A stretch of 64,000 nucleotides of DNA from Cyanophora paradoxa CCMP329. Taxonomy: Eukaryota; Plantae; Glaucophyta. The notes beneath the pieces were generated by a model, which did not search any database, was not told the origin of the DNA, and saw nothing but the letters and a program-made list of their open reading frames with translations. Positions 23,201 through 34,400 of this stretch are shown here, piece by piece. The stretch's first letter is position 1. Every line of letters starts with the position of its first letter. A program made the translations under genes and the position numbers. Where the stretch lies: NCBI GenBank assembly GCA_004431415.1, contig QPMI01000626.1, forward strand, positions 124,001-188,000, written 5' to 3'.

Positions 23201-26200
23201 AGATACGGGCTGGCCGGGCACTCCGAGGCTCGAAATATTCGATGGCGAATCTTTGAGTCCGGTCCCGATTATCGGATTTTCGCGATATCGATATCGGACG
23301 GGCACGGCTTCTGCAGCTGCAGTACTAGTGCCGGCCCGGCGGTGGGGACAGTCTGGCAGGAGAGAGCCGGAGCTGCGAGCCCGGGCAACCTCAGACCTCA
23401 AAAGGGCCGAGGGCCGCCTGCGATCGCGGCTGCTCCAAATCCGATCGCGAGCGCAGGCCGGCTGCTCCTGCGATCCAAATTCGCAGGCCGGCGCCCTGAA
23501 TCGGGGCAACGATTGCGAATTGACGGATCTCGATTAATATTATCGGATTCTCGCGGGTCATCGGACCCCATACGCATGGCCAGGCACGTGCACGGCAGCC
23601 ACGGGCGGGCTGGAGCGCGTGCAGCGGGCTCTGGGTTTAAATCGATATCCGAGCGAGCCAGCGTAACTTTGATCGTGAGCTCGAGCTCGCCTTGGCCGCG
23701 GGCCAGATAAGAGGCGGCTTGAGGCGAATTCGAAGCGCAGTGCCCGAGCTCCGAGGCTCGTTCACTGGCCGGGCTCGGAATTGGCTTAATTGAACCGTTC
23801 AACGGTTGGCCACGCGCATCGGGGCGCCAGGCGCATTGGACGCTTCGGCGCGGGGCGCGGGTGCCGCTGTCAGCTTCGGGCCCTGAGGGCAGGGCCTCCG
23901 GGACGCAGCCGCCAGCTGTTCGCAGGCAATTGCAAGCTTAAGCGCCGATCGCGGGCTAAGCCCGTCCTCTGGATTCGAGGCCAGGGACCGCAGCTACTAC
24001 TGCGGGTAGCTGCAGAGGACTTCCAGGGCTCAGCGGCAAGCTGGCCGTGGACTGCGGGGCCTCGGGCCGAGGGGCGAGGGCCGTATACGCATCGGCTTGA
24101 ATGTTTACAGGCGTTCGCTTGGCCGTGCGATCACGATCTGCGCCCACCAGCCGCCGCGGTGCGGGTGGGGGGCAGAGCCAATATGCCATGATGCCTGGGG
24201 CCGGGCCGGGTGCCTCCGCCTCTGAGAGAGGGCGAGACTCAACGGGCTCAGCGGCTCCGAGGCTCGAGTTCGAGGTCACGAGGCAGGCGGTCGCGACGTC
24301 GACGTCGACAGCGGGCCGGCGCCGTGCCGCGTGCACGGCGCTGTCGTAAGCGTGTACGTACACGTGACCAGCTTCGATCTCGAGCCGAGGGCGATCCCAC
24401 GTTCACGGATCGGAGGCCGAGGCCGGGTTGGAACTTCGGAATTCGAAGTTCGAATTCAAGGCCCGCGATTTCGCGATCGGTCGGCGTAGCCGCGTAGGGC
24501 ATCGTCGTGACCGGGCTTTGCAGTGCTCCTTGCTCGCAGCGGCGTGAGAGACGCTGTTCTCAGCTGCAGGCCTCTGGAGGCTCGTAGCGGCGCGAGATAC
24601 AGGGCCGAGGCCTGGGGGCCGCAGGCCGATATCGATCGTGAGGCACGGCATTGGAAGCGTACGCGCGCGCGGGAACTCGAAGGATCCCGACGTCGCAGCA
24701 CGCGAGATCAGCCATGGGGTTCGATTTAATTTTATTTGAGGATTGGTATACCGATCGCGCACACTGTGACAGCTGCGCTGCGGATCGTGCCGCGATGTGC
24801 TGTGACCAGCACACCGGGTCCGGGCGTGCTGCACATTTTCGCAATCGCGCCTCTGGCCGTGGGGCCGGGGCCGGGCCACCTCGAACGGCAGTTCGGCGAT
24901 GCGAACGGCAGCTCGGCGATCGCGATCCCTGACCGCGAAGGCGAGGGCAACCGCGAGGGCGAGTTGCTGATCGTAATTCGATGGGGCCCGGCGGCCGAGA
25001 CCGGGACCGGCGGCGGCGGGTGTCGGCGGCCGAGACCGAAACGCCGTGACGGCATCGAATTTGTGCCTGGCGAGGCTTGGCACTGCCAGTCGCAGGTCTG
25101 ATCGCGGGCCTGGGGCTCAGCAGCCGCGGAGCCTTGGAGGCTGGGCAGCTCTGAGCCGTGGTGGACGTGCTCATGCACGTGACTTCCGGCCCTCAGCTCG
25201 CGGCTGATCATGAGCTCGGTCTGCGTGCACGCAGCGGCAACGGCGGGAGCCGAATTCCGAAGTTCGCAGTGCCAGCAGGCCCTGATCATGAGGGCCGAAA
25301 TCGACCCATAACCGGATCCAGGGCTCGGAAGCGAGCTCGAGCTCGATCGCGAGGCGCCGCGCCGGGCGGGCCGCCGGGCGTTCGAGCTGGCACAGTGGCG
25401 GCTTGCGATTGCTCCAAGGCTTAGTCAACCGGGGCCCAGAGCGTCGACGTCTCGCTCGAACAGCAAGCGTGAGCTTCGGGGTCCGGCCCGGCGGATCCGG
25501 ATCTAGGCCTGACAGCTTCCAGTCCGGATCGGAGAGTCTCGGGATCCGGACATGAGAGCTTGCATCGAGCAGGCCAGGCCAGGTGCTGGCTCGCGATGAG
25601 AGGTGCGCCGCGCGGCGCCCTCAATCTTGGGCCAGGCCCGACTGCGGGGCGTCTTGCGCTTTTTGCGACAGCTGTAGGCAGAGAGCCTCAGCAACTCGGG
25701 CCCCTTTCGAGCCTGGGGCTCGTGACGGCGTGATTACGGTTCGAGCCGCGGGCCGGAGCTCGCCTCTCGAGCTCGAATCCGCAGTTGATATCGCCGCCGG
25801 CGCTAGCGCTAGCGCTAGGCTCGAGCTCGAGGACCATGGGGCCCAGGCTAGGTAGCCAGGTGAACCTCGAGCTGGGGATCCGGAGCCGCATGGGCCGGCT
25901 GTGCGTGAAACGCGCCACTCTCCGAGGCTCGACGAGCCTCAGAAGTGCAGGCCGGGCCTCTAGCTCCAGGCCTGGTCGGGTAGCGGCTCGAATTCGAGCC
26001 TCAAGGCCTCAGGATGCCGACCGGCGCTCCCGAATGCAGCACGCAGTGCTGCGGGAAGACCGTCGGACAGGCCTAGGGGCCGGTTGCGAGGCCTGGCGGC
26101 CCTGATCCGAGCTTGAAGCTCGTGCGGGGTAAATTTCCCAATTTCGCAGTCAAGGCCCCGAAGGAGCTTGCTGCGAAACCTAAACGCTCAGCCTTGTCGC

Positions 26201-29200
26201 CTGGCTCTCGATCGCGACTGCAGTCGAGCAGCCTGGCAGCTTCGAGGCTGGCAGTCGCAATCGCGATGGGGTTCGCCGGTCGTGCGTGGGCCCGGCATCA
26301 GGGCATCAGCTCTGGCCCTCTCGAGCGTCTGGCGCGCACCCTTGAGCTCGAGCTCCGAGCTCGAGGCTAGGGGCTCTAGCCGCCGGTCGCAAAGCCGGCT
26401 GGTAGCTCGATATGCGGTTCAGCACTAGCGGATTCCAAAGCGGCGATAGCGGCCGGATGGGAGCCGGATGCCAGTTGCAATCAGCCGGGGCCGACATTAG
26501 AGCTTAGCCCTGCGGCCGGCCGGCCCGTGCACGTGGCCGGAAGTGGGCCCAAATTACAGCTGGCTGCTGGGCGTTCGAGGCGGCCGATGCCGTCCGACCC
26601 AGAGCTGACTTAGTGAAACTCAGTGTCCGGTGCCATGCGCATGGCGCCGGCCATATATATGCACGGGCTGGCCTGGCAGACCCCCGGGGCCCGGAACTCC
26701 GGCTTCCACCCGATGCGGATATCGATCGGGAGTCAGCCGGTCCTCGGGATCGGCCGGCGAGCGCCAGTGGCGCGTGTTGTACTCGTCCCAGGGCTGCCAC
26801 CTCAGGGCAGGGCCGCGGGAAAAGATCTCATCGGGGTGCAGGGGCCGCGGCTCGGCGAACCCTCGAGCGCCCCACCGACGAGGTCCAGTCTCTGAGCGCT
26901 TGGGGACTTCCTCGGCAAGCGCGAGGGGAAAGTCGTTGGTGTCACAGGCATCCGGCGGGGCGGGCCCACTAGGCGGCGACTCGTCGCCGGCCTCGCCCGG
27001 AGCGTCCCGGGCCGGGGTCGTCGGGCATCCCCTCGTCAGAGGAAATTTCGCGCTCCTCAGCGGCGGGGGCCGGGCCCAGCTCTCGTTGCTTCGGGGCTTG
27101 AGGCGGCGGGGCTGGCCCGGGCACCGCCGGCGCGAAGCGTTCTGGCCGCAGGGCGGCCCGCGGCTGCGCCTGCTTGCGCGTGGCGGGGGGCCTTGGCCTT
27201 CGCGAACCCAGCAGACGTGGCGGGCTTCAAGGCTTGGCGAGCTCAGCGGCTCGCGGGGGAGGCGTTGCGGGGCGCGTTTTAATTCGATTTTGCAGCTCGA
27301 GCTCGTGATCTTGCATATGCATGATCATATGCATGATCATGATCAGCAGCTCGCGTACTGTGCATACGTATACGCATGCGGTACTGCCGCGGCTTGCCAT
27401 CATGATCATGGCGTCACTCCCCCTTCTTGCTAGCACCGTCCGCGGTGCTTCGCGAGAGAAGGTGTTACGGTGTGCCAGGTACTGGCCAGCTGCAGCTGCC
27501 GCAAGCTTGGGCTCGAGGCAGACGGCTAGCGCATAGCTATAGCTAGTGCACAGCGGAATTCGAAAGATAAAGCAGCTCAAGCCGCTGAGGGCCGTGCTAT
27601 CGATATCGATATCGTTTCACGTCTCAAGCTCTTGAAGTGAGCTCGAGACCACGTCTCATAGCTAGGCCTTCAGCTTAGAATTAATCAAGCTGCCGCTGGC
27701 GCCGAGTGCATCACCGTCACCGCGGCGTTGCGTCCGATCCGATCGCGAGGCCATGGCTAGCGTGCAGGCGCTCATGATCATGATCAAGAGTTGAGGCCGA
27801 GAGAAGCATCAGCCGAGGGAAGGCTAATGCTCTCAAGCTCTTGATCTTGGCCATGGCGGGGCAAGAGGGCCCTGCCTGCGCGCGAGGCAGCAGGTGGGTC
27901 CGCTCTGCAGTCGGGCCACTTGAGCTCCAGGTCTTGAGGGCATTCTCAGGTCAAGCGACGGCGTAAAGCCACGCTAGTCCGTGAGAGAATGTGCCTCACT
28001 CGAGATCTGAGGCCGTCGTGGTCCACAGCAGCGGCGAGCAAGCTCGGCTGCGGCGATTCTGGAGACAGCTCGGGCGCGCACGCCTCAGCCATCGATCCGA
28101 TCGCTCTTCCTCTCGCCCGGAAGGAACTCGGGCGCGCGGCCTCAGTTCTCAATCCGGTCCACTCGCCGGAAGGAACTCGGGCGCGCGGCCTCAGTTCTCG
28201 ATCCGGTCCACTCGAGCTTGTCCAGCACGATCGCAGCAGCCGTAGAGGGCTGGCGTCGCGGCGAGTGTCCGGCGACCGACCGGGAATAGTACCCTCGGGC
28301 TCGCTCGACAGCTCGCGCAGGCGGCGTCGACGAATCCGACCGGGAATAGTACCCTCGGGTATTCGTGCGCGGGCCTGGCTTCCACAGGGCTAAGTTCTGG
28401 CCGTCGTAACCGCGCTGAGCCAGAACCTCAGCCCGCGGCCGTGGGCGCCAGGCTAAGCCACGCGGCTGCCCCCACGTCTCCTCCAGATCCGCTGAAGGAT
28501 CTGCGGGCGAGCGGCTCGCCTGGCTCTCTATAGGTGGCCAGCGACCGCCCGCGCTTAGTGGGGCGCGCGCGGCGCAGGCGAGGTCCGAGCCCGTACGCGT
28601 CCAGTGCCAAGATCAAATCTGCCGACCCCAGCAGATCAAATCTCAAGGACAAGGGCCAGGCGCGCACCCCGGGGGCCGTGCGCGTGCGCTGCGCCAGCAC
28701 AGGCCGTGAAGAACTCCGGCGCGAAGCGCTGGGCTCGGAGTGCAAGGCTAGCGAGAGCCAGCACGGCCGATCGACCAGGCTCATGCACGCCTCGGTCCAG
28801 GGCGAGGCTCGCCAGTCGCCGGTCGTCGTAAAGGTCTTCTTTTATCTGCTCGAGGCCGTACGCGCGGCGCTGCGCGGCGGGGCGCGCGTACGGGCATGGG
28901 CGTCGAGGTTGTCCCTCGGGGATCTGGACAAGATCTGCGGCGTCCGTCGGCGAGGGCGACGGGAGGGCGCGTCCGACCGCATTTATCGGTTCTCCAGAGC
29001 TAGTTCTACGTTTCCGGTGCGCTGACGGAGAGCCTGGCGGCTCGCTGAGGCTGATCGCTGTGTGCGTATCGATCGCACGCCGATCCGGGCCCGCCGGTGC
29101 GCGGGGGTCGCCGATCGGCACTGAGAAGATCTTCTAGAGCTACTAGCGATGCGTGCGCATCGCTGCTGGTCGCCGAAGATGGCGGGCTGATGCTGTCGAT

Positions 29201-29221
29201 GGCTGCCCACGGGCCCAGTTC

Positions 29222-29237
29222 CGTGAGCAGTGGCGCC
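29222..29237 (-). promoter_or_regulatory. Putative primer-binding site (GGCGCCACTGC..., resembles the tRNA-Asp type but lacks the initial T)
   Basis: Directly follows the 5' LTR on the minus strand and resembles the TGGCGCCGTTGC PBS type. Confidence 0.35.
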
Positions 29238-29519
29238 TGTCGGATGAGAGGATTCCCACCCGATTAGGCACCCGCGCAGTACTGCGCGGGGCCGGCTCCC
29301 TGTGCTGGAGCAGCTGTAGATGCAGGCTGGTGTATTCACTGTGTACCCGGAAGACTACTGACTCTGTACCCCTAAGACAGGTAGAGGCAGGCCAGCGTAG
29401 GCTACCGAGAGGTAAGCCTACAGGAAGAGAGACTATGCCAGGGCTCTCAGACTATGTCAGGCACCAACTAGCTCTAGTCACTAAGTCACCGCAAGGCCTG
29501 GGAATCGAGCCAGGCGACA
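29238..29519 (-). repeat. 5' LTR (282 bp)
   Basis: Identical by eye to 16963-17244 and followed by the TSD CAAGT. Confidence 0.95.
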
Positions 29520-31221
29520 CAAGTCGTGATCGGGTCTAGATCTACAGGGCCAGGTGCGCGTCCGGCGCGTATGAGTACGGGTGTTCTCCTTTGGGTCCCC
29601 CACTGGTACCACCGCTCTGCACCTGTTTAGCTCTAGCTCGAGATCTGGATGTTGTGACTTCGGCGTCGAGGTGTCCGTACATGACGGGACTAGAGCTAGC
29701 GCTATTACTGGTTCTGACGGGACTAGAGCTAGCGCTATTACTGGTTCAGGATCTAGGCCGGAGGGGCTTGGCTGCCTTACTCTTAGCTTGCTGTGGCTCG
29801 CGGCGGTTGGCGCTGGAGTTGCAGCTAGCTCAGTACTGCCAGGGCAGCCGCTGCTGTCCAGGGCCGCCGCCACCCCGGCCGGCGCCAGCCCCAAAGCCGC
29901 GGCCACCACGTGCTCCTCGTCCACCCCTGCCGCCGGCGCCACGGCCTGGGAGTCCGCGCCCACCGCGGGGGGGGCCCATCCCGCCCCGGGCTCTCCCAGC
30001 AAAGCCGCCCCGGGGGAGGTCGCCCCAGATGATGTCCACCCCACGGCCACCGCGGCCATTGGCTGCGCCCGCCCCGCCGCGGGCATCCCAGATGCCGGCT
30101 CCGCCGCGGGCTCCATGGGCTCCGCCAGCCCCGCCGCGGCCTCCAGCGCCGCCTGCACCGCCCCAGTCGCCTCCGGGCCCTCCAAGTCCGCCACGGCCGC
30201 CCGCAGCCCCGCCGGGGCCCCGCCACGCGCTCCGCGGTAGGCAGCGTCCACATACAGTCCACCGCGCCCCTCCGCCCGACCCCCAGGTGCTTGCCCTCCT
30301 GCAGCTGCCGGCTCGTCCCGGTTCCGCCGGTCGAGGGGCTGGCAGTTGTGTCCCCCCCCGAGCTCGCCACGGTAGTTGAGCAGGGGCTGGTTGATGTTGT
30401 TGACGCTGGTGAGGAAGTGTGCCGCGCACATGAGGGCTTCGGACTGGGGGAGGGGGATGACCACGTGCTGCCGGTAAGGATAATCATGTGAGATGGGGGG
30501 GGGGCCTCGGGCGGAGGGGAGGTGGGGGGTACCACATCGTGGGTGACCTCGAGAATGATGACCTGTCTCCCCCGCGCGTCGTGGAGGTCGAGGGCTCCGG
30601 AGAGGGTTGGGTGCGCCGTGAAGCCCATGCGCTCGCGCCTCGCCGCCCACTGTTCGTCATCTAGATCCAGCACACGGAGCTGGCGGCCACCACCGGTGGA
30701 GTAACGCTCGGCGTCAACCATCGAGGCTTGGACACCCACCTCGATCTGCGGGAGGGAGGGGTAAGCGCAAGTAGGGGGGGCTTTGCATGGGTAGGGGCGG
30801 ACAGAGGTGGGGTACGGTCGGGTTGTCATGTACAGGACGCCGGCGGCCCGCAGGTCCATGATGAACTGCCGGTCCGGCACAAGCTGTGTGATGTCCGGAC
30901 CGTCGACGTCCGGGAGGGTCAGGGTAGGGCGGACCGTCGACGTCCCGAACTCCAGGCACTGCGCATGCGCATATGCATGCGCATGCTCCACAGCCGCGCG
31001 GATCCCCGGAGCTGCTCCGGATCCCTGCGCCCCGCCCGTCGGCGCGCGCGCGCGCGCGCGAGCGACGGTACCGTGCACCGGTATACCTAGTACGTACCGC
31101 ACTTGTTGAGCGCGGGGAACTGCGCGCGCGCGCGAGAAGGTCCCGGGTCAGCCGTTCGAATTCCGTGAGCTTACTAAGTTAAGCTTGTACCCCGTCTCTG
31201 GGCAAGATCATCGGATTGCAT
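29520..31221 (-). CDS. 5' part of an intron-containing hypothetical gene disrupted by the LTR insertion
   Basis: ATG at 31221. GT-AG introns include 30746-30802 (57 nt) and 30468-30532 (65 nt). The latter joins ORF 29825-31102 (..EVTHDV) in frame to ORF 29481-30650 (HVVIPLPQ..). Confidence 0.55.
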
Positions 31222-31301
31222 TAAGAAGTTTTTGACGGAATTGCAGATCTAGAAGCTTCGTCCGACGGTTGGCGGCGCTCTTGATCGGTAGTACAGCTGC
31301 A
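30912..31301. repeat. 390-bp direct repeat, copy 2
   Basis: Matches 5734-6123, but continues GTGCAGTCC instead of poly(T). Confidence 0.95.
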
Positions 31302-31464
31302 GTGCAGTCCATCGCAGCAGCGGGCGCCTCGGTAGTTTACGCAGCCTGCAGCCTCACGAAGGCCTAGGCCTGGCCTGGCCTGCAGCTGCAGCTGGAACGG
31401 GCAGCTGCAGTTTCTCTGAACTTCGGACCCGGCGCAAGCCTTGAAGTTATCCAGCCCAGCAACC

Positions 31465-31722
31465 ATGTCAGGGCACGGTCTGGGGGGGGACGCAGTGGGA
31501 GCGGCTACCTACAAGGCAGTGTCAACTGTCTTGAAGCCGGTGGACTGGCTGCTGGAGAAGTCGGGAGCCTACGGCTTAGCCAAGCAGGCGATGTCCAAAG
31601 TCTCTCAAGGGGCCAACGGATTTGCTCGAAAGCACTGCTTGGGCTCCTATGCGAAGGTTTGTGAAGCGAACTGCGAGGGCAAGTTCAACACCCCCGCATG
31701 CCACGGTTTGCACGATACTTGA
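31465..31722 (+). CDS. Small intronless 85-aa protein with four C-terminal cysteines
   Basis: AACCATG start context. Composition is balanced and Lys-rich (MSGHGLGG...KHCLGSYAKVCEANCEGKFNTPACHGLHDT), unlike the Arg/Pro/Ala noise ORFs. Confidence 0.5.
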   Translation: MSGHGLGGDAVGAATYKAVSTVLKPVDWLLEKSGAYGLAKQAMSKVSQGANGFARKHCLGSYAKVCEANCEGKFNTPACHGLHDT

Positions 31723-32987
31723 ATCGGAGTGCTCCGCTGCAGTGCTGACGAAGTCGACCCTGCAGCGCGACTCGGAACGAGGGAGGCGGAGCAGGAATCG
31801 CACTGGGCGGAGTTTTGCTCAGGCTCAGCGTCAACTTCAGAAGATCTGGAATTGTGTCGCGGTGCGCGCGGGCGCATTCCAAGGTTGCGTATTCCTCGTC
31901 GATCGGCCCTGTCAGAACGGTACGGGTCGACAGGCCGCCCCCGCGAGAGAGCTCTGGACTCCGACGTGCGCCACGTCCTGCGCTCCGCCTCGCGCGCCGG
32001 CGCGGCCGCTGATCCGAAGCTCGATCCGCGCTCAGAAGTTCGCCCGGAACGAGGAAGGTAATCATTGAATCGCGTACCCCCGAGGCGCCGCTTAGTACGC
32101 GTACGTAAACCCCGATCCGGATTCGCTCACCCCCGCAGACGGCCAGGCGGCGCCGGAGGACGGGGGTACCGTCTTCGCCGAGGTGCCCATGCGCGGGCTG
32201 TACCCATCCTCCTTCCCCGGGGACCGCTCTGACATGCGTACGTACACCTTCGCCCCCGCAGAACGGAGCGCCGTACCGCCTAGACGCGGATGCGGGTTAT
32301 GTCAGCTACAGCGCAGTGCGCGGGCCGGGGTACGCGAGCTCCTGTGGCCCGTTGTCGAGCGGGGTCGGCAGGAGGGGTACAGCGGGACGGAGGAGGCGTC
32401 GGCTTCGGCGGCGGAGGCGGAGTCAGCGGAGGGGTACGCCTTCGAAGCCGCCACCGACGGCGGCCTCGCCTACGGGGTACCAGCTGCACCCATTTCACCC
32501 CCCGCCCGGCTCCGGCTGACCTGTACCCCCCCAGGACTGCGGCCTTGGGGCCCTGTGGCACGTGTACGCGGACCACGAGCCGACGGCCCCCTTCTGAGTA
32601 CCCCCCCCCCCGCGTCGCGACCGGCCGCTCGCGATCGCGCCGTTGTTTCAATTGCAAGCTTCTTTGGAGGGTTTCTGGTCTCCAATATTAATGGCTCTTC
32701 GCACAGACACAATCCAGTCACTTGCATTTCCCCCCCTCCCGCACGGCTCTCTCATGCAGGGTCCCCGGCCGCGGCCCGCTGTACACAGCGATGAAATGAA
32801 AGGGAGCTCCGAGGCTGTATACGCGATGGATGCACATGTACAAGAGATTGCGCGAGCCCGAGTTCAAAGAAAAGACACGATCGCGAGAGTCGACGTCTAC
32901 CTAGCTATAGACCTATATATATGAAACGCAAGTCAAAGCAGGATTTGATTCGAATGGAAGGCCGTGGCCGCTGAGCGGCTCAGCGGC

Positions 32988-34400
32988 TCAGTGGCGGCGT
33001 GCGCAAGGGGAGCCGTCCGCCCAAATCCCCGCCACGGGAGGGGCCGGTGGCCGAGGAACCGCCACGGGCCGAGAAACGGACGCCGTGGGGGCGTACCAGA
33101 AGCCCGCGCTGCCGTCGCTCTCGCTGTACCCCCGGTCCTCCTCCTCCTCCTCGTCGTCCCCGGCTGCGCCTGCGCCGCCGTACCCCCCGGCGAGGAACTT
33201 CCACTGGTCCATTCGAAAGCCGACCGCGCCGGAGTCGAACGCGCGCCTCGCGTCCGCCTCCTCCTCGTCCGGGCCGCGGATGCCGCCCGGGGATCCGGAC
33301 ACGAGGGTCATAGACATGAGCTTTCGGTGCGCGTGGGGCGCGCAGTCGGAGTCGTGGCTGTACCCCCCCGGATCCGCATCCTGCTCCTCGCGCTCCTCCT
33401 CCCCGTCCCCCTCGCCCTCCTCTTGAACGGGGCACTCGGCGCCGATCGCGGTATCCCCCTCCTCCATCTCCATTGCGAAGATGTCGCCTGCGGGGTACAG
33501 GAGCGCGTCAGTGGGGTAGGCCGCTCGGAGGGGCTCGGGAGGGGCCCTCTCACCCAGGGTAGCGGGGCCGTGGACGCGTAGGGAGGGGTGGGGTACGACC
33601 TGGTCGGGCACCTGCCAGGCGCGGCGCTTGGGGGTACTCGTGTTCGACGCGGCGCGGCTCTGCGAGAGCTCGAACGCTGGCTGAGGGTCGATGGTTCACA
33701 GAAGACGTACCCGGTTGGAGACGGGCGTGCCATAATCTGCAGAGGACAATCGCCGGCTTCTGGGGTACATTTAAGCCGCGGAGAAGCGGAAGGAAGGGAA
33801 GAAAAAGGCGGGAGGGGAAAGGGGGGGCAAAAGGGGGAGCATTGCGCACGGGGGTAGAAGGAACGGGGGAAACTCCGGGACGGTGCAGGGGGGGCTGACG
33901 TGCATCCGCACGGGGCTACAGTCGTCTGAGCGCTCCGGCACACCGTACTCCACCTGAGCAGGCGCGAGCTTCGTACCCCCTCCCTCGGGGCCCTCCTCTT
34001 CTACCTTAGGGGACACTGATCAAGGAGTGGCGGACGAGCGGGGGTACGAGGTAGGGGGGGGGTACCGTGCTGGGGAGGCCGCAGGGGCAGTCACGGACAA
34101 CGTGCCGGAGGCAGTATCTGAGGAGGATACCGGATCTCTGCTTCGAGCCTTGCACCTGAACACGAGTAGGGAGGGGCGGTGGACCGGGCGAGGGGCTCCA
34201 GGAGAACGCTCGCGTGAACGCTTCCCTCCCCGTCCGGCCCCTCGGCTCCTCGGGCCGGGGCCTGGGGCGGGGCCGGCGGGGCGCCCTCGGGCCAGTGGTC
34301 GACGACGTAGCGCGAGAAGGCGCGCCAGACGCCGGTGACCTGCCCAGCGTGGAAGCAAGTCACCACGCCGTGACGGCGTGCGCGCGCGTGACTCAGCGAA
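32988..34400 (-). CDS. Hypothetical multi-exon gene with acidic C-terminal exon; boundaries approximate
   Basis: Protein-like stretches (VTCFHAGQVTGVWRAFSRYVVDHWPE; YPTDALLYPAGDIFAMEMEEG; GFRMDQWKFLAGGY) alternate with C-rich intron-like gaps. Confidence 0.35.

Larger units (their letters stand above)
16963..29519 (-). mobile_element. Non-autonomous LTR retroelement (LARD-like), 12,557 bp
   Basis: Two 282-bp LTRs with TGTCG...CGACA termini and a 5-bp TSD CAAGT (16958-16962, 29520-29524). A minus-strand purine tract GCGGAAGAGGAGT abuts the left LTR. No RT, integrase or protease motifs were found inside. Confidence 0.93.

Noticed and set aside
31729-32794. Plus-strand multi-exon gene
   Set aside because: Some splice-like boundaries are present, but no consistent reading frame or motif could be assembled by eye.
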